A DNA stretch of 64,000 nucleotides from Candidatus Latescibacterota bacterium (lineage in GTDB: Bacteria > Latescibacterota > UBA2968), in contig OZ242195.1 of NCBI GenBank assembly GCA_965205975.1, positions 5,408,001 through 5,472,000 of the forward strand. Reading direction: 5' to 3'. Below are positions 29,408-39,520 of the stretch, piece by piece. Both the position numbers and the translations under genes were made by a program. Under the pieces are notes generated by a model. The model did no database searches and was not told the DNA's origin. It saw only the letters and a program-made list of their open reading frames with translations. Position 1 is the first letter of the stretch. Every line of letters begins with the position of its first letter.

Positions 29408-30691
29408 TTAAGTCTGAAGGTCTGCGGGGTCGTTGATGCGCGCGCCTTCAGGGGCAGAAACTGAGCCTGCGAGCAGTGGGTCGTCGGTTGTTTCCATCCA
29501 GGTTTGGAGGCGATGGCGCAGGTCTTTTAACGCGTCTTGATATTTGGGGTCAGAGGCGAGATTGTTGGTTTCGTAGGGGTCAAAAATCAGGTCGTAGAGT
29601 TGTTCAGGGGGTTGGTTTTTTTGCCGCCAGCCCTGGTCGAGAAAGTAGGATTTGCTGGGGCTGCCGTCGCAGTTGATGTCGCCAGGGCGCTGTGTGGGAT
29701 ACCAGTGGCGGATGTATTTCCATTTTTTTGTGCGTATGGCGCGTTGTGGGTCGTAATAGCTGTGGTAGTTGACTTCTGCGAAAATTTCATCGTGGATTTC
29801 ATCTGTTTCTTCGCGGACGAGTGGTAGTATGGATTTGCCTTGTAGCCAGTTTGGATGGTCTATGCCGATTATATCGCACAAGGTGGGGAAGAGATCGATT
29901 TGAGAGACCATGCCATCGATGATTTTGCCGCCTGAAAAACCCGGTCCGCGCATGATGAGCATGACGCCGATGCCGTGATCGGTGAGGTTGCATTTCATCA
30001 TGGGGAATGCGATGCCGTGATCGGTGGTGCTTATGACGATGGTGTTTTCGGCAAGTCCGGCATGATCTATAGCATTGAGGACGCGCCCGACTTCGGTATC
30101 GAGAATGCGAACGCAGGTTTTGTATGCGGCGGTGTCGTATCGGGTTTCGGGGGTATCGGGCAAGGGTGCAGGTGGTATGCAATAGCGCGGGTCGTCTCCG
30201 GGTCCCGGTTCGGGAAAGCTGCGATGGGTGACGGTATATCCGACGTCGAGGAAGAAGGGCTTGTCGTGAGATCTGTTGAGAAATGCGATGGCCGCGTCAG
30301 AGGTTGTCTGTTGATTTTTAGCTGTATCGAATATTTCGTCATAACCGATTTCCGAGGGATCGGCTGCGGGGGGACGACCGACGTGCTGAAAACCCGATAG
30401 AGCGGTTGTGTAACCCGCTTTTTTGAGTGTGTGAACGAGGTGATGGCTGTAATCGTTGAGGCGAAAGCCGCGGTGGGCAAGCCCTAGCATGCCACAACTG
30501 TGGGGCGATTGTCCGGTCAGGAGTGCGGCTCGGCTTGGCGAGCAGGTCGGGTTGGCGCAAAATGCCTGGCGAAAGAGAACGCCCTGTTCGGCGAGGTGCT
30601 GAAAATTTGGGGTGGGTATGGCATGCCCAAAGGGCTGAATGTAGCGACCTGTGTCGTGAGAGTGAATGTAGAGGATGTTTGGATGGGGCAT
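29408..30691 (-). CDS. Sulfatase (N-sulfoglucosamine sulfohydrolase-like)
   Basis: PNILYIHSHD, PTCSPSRAALLTG and TDHG. Confidence 0.92.
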   Translation of the reverse strand: MPHPNILYIHSHDTGRYIQPFGHAIPTPNFQHLAEQGVLFRQAFCANPTCSPSRAALLTGQSPHSCGMLGLAHRGFRLNDYSHHLVHTLKKAGYTTALSGFQHVGRPPAADPSEIGYDEIFDTAKNQQTTSDAAIAFLNRSHDKPFFLDVGYTVTHRSFPEPGPGDDPRYCIPPAPLPDTPETRYDTAAYKTCVRILDTEVGRVLNAIDHAGLAENTIVISTTDHGIAFPMMKCNLTDHGIGVMLIMRGPGFSGGKIIDGMVSQIDLFPTLCDIIGIDHPNWLQGKSILPLVREETDEIHDEIFAEVNYHSYYDPQRAIRTKKWKYIRHWYPTQRPGDINCDGSPSKSYFLDQGWRQKNQPPEQLYDLIFDPYETNNLASDPKYQDALKDLRHRLQTWMETTDDPLLAGSVSAPEGARINDPADLQT

Positions 30692-30709
30692 TGAATTCTC
30701 CTGTGATTA

Positions 30710-32125
30710 TCACGCATGAGATAGATATGCTCGAAGGTGTTTGAGGGCACGGTCATTGTCTATTGCTTCTCGTGTCTGTCGAATTGCATCGTGGGGATCG
30801 GTGGTGAAACCGAGCAGGTAATCTGTGAGGGCTGCATTGAGTACAATGCGGTCGTAAACCGGACCTTTTTCCCCCGAAAGAGCTGCAAGGCCGAGTTTGG
30901 CAAAGGTCTGTGCATTGACGGCTTTGGGGCGTGGATTTTGTGTGTAGTGAAAGCCATAAGTGGCGGGATTGATGTCGCAAGCATAAGTTTGGTTGGCGCG
31001 AAAGCCCTGTGAAAAATTGATGGCGTTGCGCGTTTTATCGGTGGGTTTTCCCAGGCGAAGAGAAAAGTGGCTGGTGCCTTCTTCTCCCTTGATCGCTACT
31101 GCAGATGTAAATCCGGTCTCGCGTGCGATTTTCAGAAGGGGGATTTCGTATCCCGAATGGTAATAACCGATGACGATGTGATTGCTGCCAGCACAGGTGA
31201 AGAGTTGCTGCGCTTTTTCTGTGGCAGACCACGGGGGGCGTTTGCCTATGTGGGCGCGAAGGTCGCGGGCTGCGTAAGCCAATGGCGCATATTCGCGTTG
31301 GCTGATGTAGGCAAAGCCCATCTCGGGATTTTCGAGTCGTTCTGCTGCTTCTGAAAGCGATAAATTGGTGCGGGCATTGAGGGCGTTGAGGATCAGTTCG
31401 TCGGTTACACCCCATTTGGGTGGCATGGCATCTACACCGTGAAGTACGGTGGGGCGACCAAGGGCCGCGCGCAGTGCCGCGACAAAAATGGTGGGTTTGA
31501 AGTAGCGGGTTGAGCCATTGTAGGGTTGACCAAAGTGGGTGAGGTTATTCACCTGTACTGCGTGGATGCGTTCGGGTGCAAAGGTCGAGTGGAGGTATCC
31601 TCGCACCTCGTCATAGGATTCGAGGTTCATGCGCTGGCCGATCAGTGCGGCACCTTTGAGGCTGCCGCGAACGCTTTCGGTGAGAATAGCTTCGCACATA
31701 AGGCGCGTTTGCTCATAGGTGAGATGACCACCGGCGAGAATGGTTTTTAGCGAGGCAATGACGGTTTGCTCGTCGGGTGATTCTGCGGGACAGTGATCTT
31801 TAAAGCCGAAGATATACTGGAGGTCCGATGGTAGCCGGGTTTGTAGAAGGGGGGTATATTGTTCAAATGCACTGATTTCAGTCTGACTCCAGGCTGTTTT
31901 GGGCGGGTAATTGCGCCGCAGACGCATCGCGGTAAAAAAGGCTCCCATCTGGATATCGGAGACCGGATGATGTGCTTTGTTTTGCAGCGTATTGAGGATG
32001 GCATCCAGTACGGGTTGTGGCTGTGGATCGCTGGATTTGTTGCCCAGAGGACGAGATTGCGTGGGGCCTGTACACACGCGCGCCTGGGCTTCGAGTACGA
32101 GGGGATTGGGATCGAATAGTGGCAT
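30710..32125 (-). CDS. Anthranilate phosphoribosyltransferase-like (TrpD/YbiB superfamily) protein
   Basis: QMGAFFTAMRLR N-domain, PYNG, LHGV...PPKWGVT and KGEEG; lacks the canonical TrpD GTGGD motif; start uncertain (32125 or 32224). Confidence 0.75.
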   Translation of the reverse strand: MPLFDPNPLVLEAQARVCTGPTQSRPLGNKSSDPQPQPVLDAILNTLQNKAHHPVSDIQMGAFFTAMRLRRNYPPKTAWSQTEISAFEQYTPLLQTRLPSDLQYIFGFKDHCPAESPDEQTVIASLKTILAGGHLTYEQTRLMCEAILTESVRGSLKGAALIGQRMNLESYDEVRGYLHSTFAPERIHAVQVNNLTHFGQPYNGSTRYFKPTIFVAALRAALGRPTVLHGVDAMPPKWGVTDELILNALNARTNLSLSEAAERLENPEMGFAYISQREYAPLAYAARDLRAHIGKRPPWSATEKAQQLFTCAGSNHIVIGYYHSGYEIPLLKIARETGFTSAVAIKGEEGTSHFSLRLGKPTDKTRNAINFSQGFRANQTYACDINPATYGFHYTQNPRPKAVNAQTFAKLGLAALSGEKGPVYDRIVLNAALTDYLLGFTTDPHDAIRQTREAIDNDRALKHLRAYLSHA

Positions 32126-32387
32126 AGATGGAAAGTATTGTGGGGATGCTGTGTTGTCAAGCGAATGAAATAAGGGAACCACAGTTGCGTGATGAAGTAT
32201 TAGCCAATATTGATCGCTATGCACAAATTACAACTTTTAGTAAAGTTAAGCAGTGCAGATTTTATTTTAAAAAAAGATTTGACTTTCGTACAGACAAGTA
32301 ATATTTTAGCTGAGCGTCTCAATTTTCTGCACGCGACGTGCGGCAAGAATTTCCGTATATAATTTTCACACATCAGGATAAAGTTCA

Positions 32388-32726
32388 ATGGAGATTAAGA
32401 CCCAACGAGAAAATGGAATTTTAATCGCGAACGTGAATGGCCGGGTTGATAGTGCCAATGCCCGCGAGTTCGAAAATGTATTAAGCTCTGCAATCGGTGA
32501 CGACGATGCCTGCGTGATCGTAGATTTTGGGGGGCTTTCTTACATTAGCAGTTCGGGCCTGCGGGTCATTTTGCTGGTCGCTAAGTCACTCCGGAATCGC
32601 AATGCGGAATTTGCGCTTTGCTCGCTTTCTGGTCCCATCGGAGAGGTCTTCAAAATCAGTGGATTTGACAAGATCATTTCGATCTATGACTCACAGGCAG
32701 AGGCTTGCGCCGCACTGGGCGGATAA
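32388..32726 (+). CDS. STAS anti-sigma-factor antagonist (RsbV/SpoIIAA-like)
   Basis: GRVDS, DFGGLSYISSSGLRVIL (phospho-Ser) and EVFKISGF. Confidence 0.92.
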   Translation: MEIKTQRENGILIANVNGRVDSANAREFENVLSSAIGDDDACVIVDFGGLSYISSSGLRVILLVAKSLRNRNAEFALCSLSGPIGEVFKISGFDKIISIYDSQAEACAALGG

Positions 32727-33173
32727 CCTGCCTTTCGCTTAATCGCGTGTGTTCTCAAGCCATGGATGGAGGACCTGGCGTGTTTTGACTTGGCCGAGAC
32801 TCGCCCTGTTTTAATCTATGTGCGTTCCACAATCGGGTTGTAGGCGAAACCGTATTGAATTCACACGCCGATCCGATTTTCCTGTGTATTTGTTCCATAG
32901 ATCACTTTCCAGGGTATTTCTCATGCCCTGTATATCCGCTTTCAAAACCTCCCGAATAACAGCCACCCTTCTATAATTCAGTAACTGGTGTCGCGCAGTT
33001 TGTCATTACAAGTTATGACTGGTCTGGCATTTGTCCATGTTCTTTAGTACCTCTCTCCGTATCCCTCTCCCTTACAACGCAGCGAGGTGAGGTCCCTGAA
33101 GCAAGGACTGTGCACCGATCAAAGAACGCTTAACATCAGTATAAGTAAGATACCATTAATATAAGAGGCGCGT

Positions 33174-34346
33174 ATGACAAAAAAGGCGCAATACAAAATA
33201 CTTGTGGTCGATGACGAACCCGATCTCGAACATCTTGTGCGGCAGCGCATGCGGCGCGACGTTCGCGCCGGGCACTACGCGTTCGCCTTTGCCCAAAACG
33301 GTGTTGAAGCCCTTGAGATACTGAATGCAGATCCGGATATCGATATGGTGCTCTCGGACATCAATATGCCGCGGATGGATGGTCTCACGCTGCTCGAACA
33401 GATGTCGGAAGTTGATCCCGACCTCCGCGCTGTGATTGTCTCGGCTTATGGCGACATGAAAAATATCCGCACGGCCATGAATCGGGGGGCGTTTGACTTT
33501 GTTACCAAGCCCATTGATTTTCAGGATCTGAGGGTTACGATTGAGCGCACTTTGGAGCATCTAAAACTGTGGCGCGAGGCTGTGGCTTCGCGAGATAAGT
33601 TGGTGGCGCTGCAAAACGAGCTTCGCGTTGCCCATGATATGCAGCAGTCTATCCTGCCGAAGGTATTTCCCAATAAACCTGGCTATCAGGTATTTGGAAA
33701 TATGGAGCCTGCACGCCAAGTGGGGGGTGACTTTTTTGATATTATCAATCTGGAAAACGCCCGTGTCGGCCTGGCAATTGCCGATGTCTCCGACAAGGGC
33801 GTACCGGCTGCCCTATTCATGATGTCCAGTCGCACGTTGTTGAAAGGGGCTGCAATCGGCAAATCTAACCCGGCCGAGGTGCTGAGCGAGGTCAATCATC
33901 TCCTGCAGGAAGACAACGACGCAGCGATGTTTGTCACCGTGTTTTATGCCGAATATAACCCGGTGGATGGGTCGCTGTCGTACGCCAACGGGGGGCATAA
34001 TCCTCCGGTCATTGTCCACGCAGATGGCAGTTCAACTGTGCTTCCCCAGACCAACGGGATTGCTCTGGGTATTTTGCCAGACATCGAATACGAACAAAAC
34101 TCAGTCACTCTATCGCCCGGCGATACCCTCGTGCTCTACACAGATGGCGTCACCGAAGCCATGAATGCCCAGAATGAGGAGTTTGAGATGGAGCGTTTGC
34201 TTACAATATTGTCCGGGGCGAGTTCGCAGGATGTCCGCGAAATTAATCAGACGATCTTTCAAGCTGTGCAGGCATTCGCGGGTGATATGCCCCAGTTCGA
34301 CGATATGACCTGTATGACACTTTTTTGTAGAGAGATAGGGACATGA
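33174..34346 (+). CDS. Response regulator receiver fused to a PP2C/SpoIIE phosphatase (RsbU-like)
   Basis: REC: LVVDDE and SDINMPRMDG; PP2C: GGDFFD, IADVSDKG, YTDGVTEA and DDMT. Confidence 0.93.
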   Translation: MTKKAQYKILVVDDEPDLEHLVRQRMRRDVRAGHYAFAFAQNGVEALEILNADPDIDMVLSDINMPRMDGLTLLEQMSEVDPDLRAVIVSAYGDMKNIRTAMNRGAFDFVTKPIDFQDLRVTIERTLEHLKLWREAVASRDKLVALQNELRVAHDMQQSILPKVFPNKPGYQVFGNMEPARQVGGDFFDIINLENARVGLAIADVSDKGVPAALFMMSSRTLLKGAAIGKSNPAEVLSEVNHLLQEDNDAAMFVTVFYAEYNPVDGSLSYANGGHNPPVIVHADGSSTVLPQTNGIALGILPDIEYEQNSVTLSPGDTLVLYTDGVTEAMNAQNEEFEMERLLTILSGASSQDVREINQTIFQAVQAFAGDMPQFDDMTCMTLFCREIGT

Positions 34347-34765
34347 AGGAGAAGCGTTCTCTGTGTATTGCGTCGGATCTCGGCGAGTTGGAGCGGCTTC
34401 ACGATGCCGTGGCAGAACTCGGCGAGTTAGGGGATTGGCCCCCCGATCTCGTGTACCAGATTGATCTCGTTCTCGAAGAATTGATCGTCAATACTGTGAA
34501 CTACGGGTACGATGACGATGCACGCCATGAGATTGAAGTCACGCTGACCTCGGATGAGAATGTCTTCACTGTTGAGATTATAGACGATGGACATGCTTTT
34601 AATCCTCTGAGCGACGCCCCCGAACCAGACCTGGACGCAGGGATAGAAGATCGACCGATCGGGGGGCTTGGCATTCACTTGATGCGCGTTATGATGGACG
34701 ATGTACACTATCGCCGCGAGCAGAATAAGAATCATCTTACTCTGATTAAGCGGAGGAATGGATGA
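34343..34765 (+). CDS. RsbW/SpoIIAB-like anti-sigma Ser kinase
   Basis: LEELIVN, DDGHAFNP and GGLGIHL; ATGA overlap with the upstream gene. Confidence 0.9.
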   Translation: MKEKRSLCIASDLGELERLHDAVAELGELGDWPPDLVYQIDLVLEELIVNTVNYGYDDDARHEIEVTLTSDENVFTVEIIDDGHAFNPLSDAPEPDLDAGIEDRPIGGLGIHLMRVMMDDVHYRREQNKNHLTLIKRRNG

Positions 34766-35934
34766 GGAGAACGCGTTACAGTTGTACGGTTTTCCTACTT
34801 GTTTTGCTGATTGTGGAAATTCGTGCGGAAGAATCTGGAATCTCTGATGAACGCATCCTTTTTGGGCAGTCCGCCGCCTTTAGTGGTCCCGCTCAAGAAC
34901 TGGGCAAGAACATGCGGGTCGGAATTGAGGTAGCTTTTCAGGAGGCCAACGCGCGCGGCGGCGTTCATGGTCGGCAGTTAACGTTGTTTTCTCTCGATGA
35001 CGCATACGAACCCGAAGCCGCCATCGCCAATACCCGTCGCCTGATTGAACAGGAAGGGGTTTTTGCGCTGATCGGTGCTGTCGGTACGCCTACATCGCTC
35101 TCTGCCACCCCTGTGGCCGCAGCTGCGGGCGTCCCTTACATCGCCCCCTTTACTGGTGCGGCCTTCCTGCGTGAAGCCAGGTGGCAAAACGTGATTAATC
35201 TGCGGGCGTCTTATAACCAGGAGACCGAGGCTATGGTCGCTCGATTGACCACAGACCTGGGTATTAAACGCATCGCCGTGATATATCAGGACGACTCCTT
35301 TGGACAGGCTGGCTACCGCGGCGTGCTGCAGGCACTCGAGCGGCGCAGCATGGAGCCGGTAGTCATCGGTGTGTATCCGCGCAATACCACGGCCGTAAAG
35401 ACTGCTTTGCTCACCCTGCGCGGTGCAGCTCCCGATGCCGTAATTATAATCGGAGCTTACCACCCGGTGGCAACGCTGATTGCCTGGGCGAGACATACGG
35501 GGTTGGATCCCGTGTTTATGACCATCTCGTTTGTAGGCAGCAATGCGTTGGCGAAGGAACTCGGTCGCGCCGGTGCTGGGGTCTTCGTCACTCAGGTCGT
35601 ACCCTTTCCAACAAATGATATCCCCCACGTTGGTATTGCCTACCGCCGTGCCCTATCTGTCCACGCGCCCGAAGCGATTCCAGGCTTTGTCTCCTACGAA
35701 GGCTATCTGGCTGGTCGATTGGCTATCGCCGCCCTCGAGCGCTGTGGCAGGGAGGTTGACCGCGCCAGGTTTCTCAAGAGTTTGCGTGGTGCAGACACCA
35801 TTGATCTCGACGGCTTTGAACTTCGCTATGGTGAAAATGATAATCAGGGTTCAGATGCTGTCTTTCTCACCGTGATCAGTAGCGATGGTAGTTATCGATC
35901 TATAGACACGCTGCGGGATGTGATGCAGCCATGA
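34762..35934 (+). CDS. Type I (LivJ-like) periplasmic ligand-binding protein
   Basis: Signal peptide; GQSAAFSGP, DDAYEP, GAVGTPT and YQDDSFG. Confidence 0.88.
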   Translation: MRRTRYSCTVFLLVLLIVEIRAEESGISDERILFGQSAAFSGPAQELGKNMRVGIEVAFQEANARGGVHGRQLTLFSLDDAYEPEAAIANTRRLIEQEGVFALIGAVGTPTSLSATPVAAAAGVPYIAPFTGAAFLREARWQNVINLRASYNQETEAMVARLTTDLGIKRIAVIYQDDSFGQAGYRGVLQALERRSMEPVVIGVYPRNTTAVKTALLTLRGAAPDAVIIIGAYHPVATLIAWARHTGLDPVFMTISFVGSNALAKELGRAGAGVFVTQVVPFPTNDIPHVGIAYRRALSVHAPEAIPGFVSYEGYLAGRLAIAALERCGREVDRARFLKSLRGADTIDLDGFELRYGENDNQGSDAVFLTVISSDGSYRSIDTLRDVMQP

Positions 35935-38093
35935 CTGGTATGTTGAAACGCCTGCTCGAGGGTCGCTTCCGTATTTCGTCGCAACTCTATTTGGGTATCG
36001 GCGGTGCTGTTGTCCTCACTATGGGCACGAGTCTGGTCGGTTGGTTTTCCTTCAATCGCGTGGGTGACGCGCAAAGCCGCGTGAATGAAGGCAGTGTGCC
36101 CGGAATGGCGGCTGCTTTTGGGGTCGCTCAGCAAAGCGGTGCCCTTGTAGCTGCAGCCCCGCGTCTGGTCGCAGCCGCAACGCTGGAGGCATTTGCCCAG
36201 GTTACCGCAGAGGTCGCCGAAGAACGAAGCACTTTTGAAGCGCAGTTGGCGGCACTGACGCAGCAAGGTGAAGAAGAGGAACGCTTCAGTCGCATTCGCG
36301 CCCATGGTGGTACGCTGATCTCAAATATCGAGGCAATTGAAAGTTCGGTAGCCAGGCGTTTTGATCTGCAAGCACGGAGTGAAGCCCTGCGTGCAGAACT
36401 GGCCAAAGTGCGCAATGAACTGGTTGGCGTCCTGGTTCCGCTCATTGACGATCAGTTGTTCTACGCTATGACGGGGTATCGCAATCTCGGCGAGGCACCC
36501 GCACCGCGTAGTCAGCACTTTTCGGAAAAAGAGTTCGAGCGCTATCGCCATCTATCTGTGTTGCAAGCGGACGCCACCATAGCAATCCAGCTTCTGTCGA
36601 GTGCTTTCAATCTTTCGGACGCGCCTCTGATTGAGCCATTGCGAGAGCGCTTTGAGGCTGCTGAGGGCAGGATTGAGCGAAGTCTTTCGGCAATTGGAAC
36701 AGACAGTGCGCGCAGTCAGGTCGCTCCGGTGTGCGCTCGCCTATTCCAGTTGGGGCTGGGAGAGCAAGGAGGCTTCGATCTGCGTACACGGGAACTCGAA
36801 CTCGCCGGGCATCAGCGGGATCTGCTCGCGCGCAATCAGTCTCTCGCCCTCGATCTGGTCGCCGAAGCCGAAGGGTTGGTAAGTGGGGCCCGCCTGAGTG
36901 CTGAGGAAGCCACCCGCGCTTCCACGGAGGCGATAAGCACTGGGCAAAATCTTTTATTGGTTTTGAACGTGATCAGTATTATTGGGGCGATACTGATCGC
37001 TTATTTGTTCGTGGGGCGGGTGTTGTTGCGTCGTCTTGAAAAGCTATCGGATCGAATGCGTGGCATGGCTGATGGCGACCTGGAGGGCAAGGTCGAGATT
37101 AGTGGGCACGACGAAGTGGCAGACATGGCCGCAGCTCTTGAAGTTTTTCGCCGCCACGCCCTGGAGGTGCAGCGTCTGAATCTGGTGGAAAAACTGGCCG
37201 AAGAGTTGCAATCTAAGAACGCAGAGCTCGAAAAAGTACTGGAGGATTTGCGTGTGGCGCAGGACCAGATCGTCATGCGCGAGAAATTGGCCGCGCTCGG
37301 CGAACTCACCGCAGGTGTGGCGCATGAGATCAAAAATCCGCTGAATTTTGTGAAAAATTTCTCGGAAGCGTCGGAGGAACTAATGGAGGAGTTGGTGGAG
37401 GTCCTGGAAGAGAGTGCCGAGGCACTGGACGAGGAGCAGCGCGAATTGGTTGACGAGATCTGCCAGGATCTCAGCGACAACATGGGGCGCATTCGCCAAC
37501 ACGGCAACCGCGCAGATAGCATTGTTCACGACATGCTCCAGATGGGGCGAGGCTCTGGTGAACGACAGCCCACTGAAATTAACAACTTGCTCGATGAACA
37601 CGCCCGCCTTGCCTACCACAGTGCACGGGCGACTGACACGGATTTCAACTTGACCATTGAGACGGACTTCGATCCAGATGCAGGGCTAATTGAGGTCGTT
37701 CCGCAGGACCTGGGGCGCGTATTCCTCAACATGGTAGGCAATGCCTGTTACGCTACCGACGAGAAACGGCGTGCTATCGAAGCAGATACTGGCGAGACCT
37801 ATTTCCCTACCCTGTCGCTGGTTACCAGACGCCTGGATGATCGAATAGAGGTAAGCATACGGGATAACGGAAATGGGATCCCGCCCGAGGTTGTCGATAA
37901 AATTTTTAATCCTTTCTTTACCACCAAACCGACAGACAAGGGCACCGGCCTCGGTCTTGCCCTTTCCAATGATATTGTGCGCGAACACGGGGGAAATATC
38001 CGGGTCGTATCCGAACCCGGTGAATTCACCGAGATGGTAGTAGAACTGCCTTTGGTGCCGCCCGCGGTAACGACCGAAGAGGTAGCGAGATAG
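35931..38093 (+). CDS. Membrane sensor histidine kinase (large helical periplasmic domain, HAMP, HisKA, HATPase)
   Basis: Two TM segments flank about 300 aa; AGVAHEIKNPL, DNGNGI, FFTTK and GTGLGL. Confidence 0.93.
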   Translation: MTGMLKRLLEGRFRISSQLYLGIGGAVVLTMGTSLVGWFSFNRVGDAQSRVNEGSVPGMAAAFGVAQQSGALVAAAPRLVAAATLEAFAQVTAEVAEERSTFEAQLAALTQQGEEEERFSRIRAHGGTLISNIEAIESSVARRFDLQARSEALRAELAKVRNELVGVLVPLIDDQLFYAMTGYRNLGEAPAPRSQHFSEKEFERYRHLSVLQADATIAIQLLSSAFNLSDAPLIEPLRERFEAAEGRIERSLSAIGTDSARSQVAPVCARLFQLGLGEQGGFDLRTRELELAGHQRDLLARNQSLALDLVAEAEGLVSGARLSAEEATRASTEAISTGQNLLLVLNVISIIGAILIAYLFVGRVLLRRLEKLSDRMRGMADGDLEGKVEISGHDEVADMAAALEVFRRHALEVQRLNLVEKLAEELQSKNAELEKVLEDLRVAQDQIVMREKLAALGELTAGVAHEIKNPLNFVKNFSEASEELMEELVEVLEESAEALDEEQRELVDEICQDLSDNMGRIRQHGNRADSIVHDMLQMGRGSGERQPTEINNLLDEHARLAYHSARATDTDFNLTIETDFDPDAGLIEVVPQDLGRVFLNMVGNACYATDEKRRAIEADTGETYFPTLSLVTRRLDDRIEVSIRDNGNGIPPEVVDKIFNPFFTTKPTDKGTGLGLALSNDIVREHGGNIRVVSEPGEFTEMVVELPLVPPAVTTEEVAR

Positions 38094-38137
38094 AAGGAAG
38101 TGGAGGCACTGCCTCATCACTATGGGAGGAGATAGAT

Positions 38138-39520
38138 ATGCGAACGTTTTCTAAAGCCCTTATTTATCATCGGTTCACTAACCTGGTGGGAAAACCACTC
38201 GCGGTGCTCGGTTTCCTTGCGTGTGCTACAACCGCCGCACACGCGGCGGTTGACAAGGAAACCCTGTTCGTTTTCAACACTTTTTCTTTTCTCGTTTGGG
38301 GCGCGCTGGTGATGTGGATGTGCGCGGGATTTACCATGCTCGAGTCCGGTTCTGTGCGCACCAAGAATGCCTCCATGATCTGCCTTAAAAACATCGGTCT
38401 CTATTCCATTGCCGGGCTTGCCTACTATTTCATCGGCTATAATCTCATGTACGTCGATGTGGGGAGTGTAATCGGTTCATTCAAATTCTTATACGGACCG
38501 TCAGGCGATGAGATCGCCCTGCTGGCGGGAAATGAGGCCGCAACGGCGGCCGTGGTTAAGAATGGCTATTCCACCATGTCCAATTGGTTTTTCCAGATGG
38601 TCTTTGTTGCGACCACTGCTTCTATTGTCTCTGGAACTCTGGCCGAACGAGTTAAGATGTGGTCGTTCTTTGTTTTTATTCTGGTGCTGACAGCGATTAT
38701 CTATCCCGTCGTCGGTGCGTGGACATGGGGCGAAGGATGGCTAAGAGCGATGGGTTTCAAGGATTTTGCTGGATCGACCATTGTGCATAGCACCGGTGGC
38801 TGGGCTGCACTTGCTGGTGCGATAGTCGTTGGACCGAGATTCGGGAAATTCCGCAGCGATGGTACGGTCAAATCCACGCCGCCTTCTAATATTTTGATAG
38901 TAACACTGGGTGTCTTTATTCTGTGGTTCGGCTGGTTCGGCTTCAACGGCGGATCGCAACTGGCATTGGGAAGCGCGCTTGACGTGGTCGCGATGAGTCA
39001 TGTGCTGGTCAATACCAATCTGGCAGCCGCAGCCGGTGTTGTGACAGCTCTGTTCGTTTCGCGGCCCATCCTGGGGCGTGTAGATCTGTTCGCCGGTCTG
39101 AATGGCGCAATCGCCGGTCTGGTCTCGATTACTGCGGGTCCTGATATTGTCGATCACTACTGGTCAGTCATTATTGGTGCTATTGGCGCGGTTTTGTGTA
39201 CTGCTGGGATCAGGTTGCTGGAAAAGGTCAAGCTGGATGATGTGGTTGGGGCAATACCGGCTCACTTATTCGCCGGTATCTGGGGCACCATAGCGGTCTG
39301 CATCGCTGGCGGCGGCAATCTGGGCGTGCAATTGATCGGCATCGTGGCGGTTGGCGCATTCGTGTTTGTGACCTCGTGGGTGTTGTGGCGCGCGATTGCT
39401 ATGACGTTGAGTGTGCGCGTGTCGCGCCAGGTCGAACAATTGGGGCAGGATGTTGGGGAATTGGGAATTGACGCCTATCCCGAATTTGTGCTTATGCCAG
39501 AAGAAGATGATGAAGAATAA
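38138..39520 (+). CDS. amtB: Ammonium transporter
   Basis: FFQMVF, DFAGSTIVHSTGG, LWFGWFGFNGGS, DDVVGAIPAH (twin His) and C-terminal EQLGQD. Confidence 0.93.
   Translation: MRTFSKALIYHRFTNLVGKPLAVLGFLACATTAAHAAVDKETLFVFNTFSFLVWGALVMWMCAGFTMLESGSVRTKNASMICLKNIGLYSIAGLAYYFIGYNLMYVDVGSVIGSFKFLYGPSGDEIALLAGNEAATAAVVKNGYSTMSNWFFQMVFVATTASIVSGTLAERVKMWSFFVFILVLTAIIYPVVGAWTWGEGWLRAMGFKDFAGSTIVHSTGGWAALAGAIVVGPRFGKFRSDGTVKSTPPSNILIVTLGVFILWFGWFGFNGGSQLALGSALDVVAMSHVLVNTNLAAAAGVVTALFVSRPILGRVDLFAGLNGAIAGLVSITAGPDIVDHYWSVIIGAIGAVLCTAGIRLLEKVKLDDVVGAIPAHLFAGIWGTIAVCIAGGGNLGVQLIGIVAVGAFVFVTSWVLWRAIAMTLSVRVSRQVEQLGQDVGELGIDAYPEFVLMPEEDDEE

Noticed and set aside
32727..33173. 447-bp gap inside the signalling cluster as an ncRNA or small gene
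   Set aside because: I recognised no riboswitch consensus; a roughly 50-codon minus-strand frame (VAVIREVLKADIQG...) has no recognisable motif; an Infernal or tblastn search would be needed
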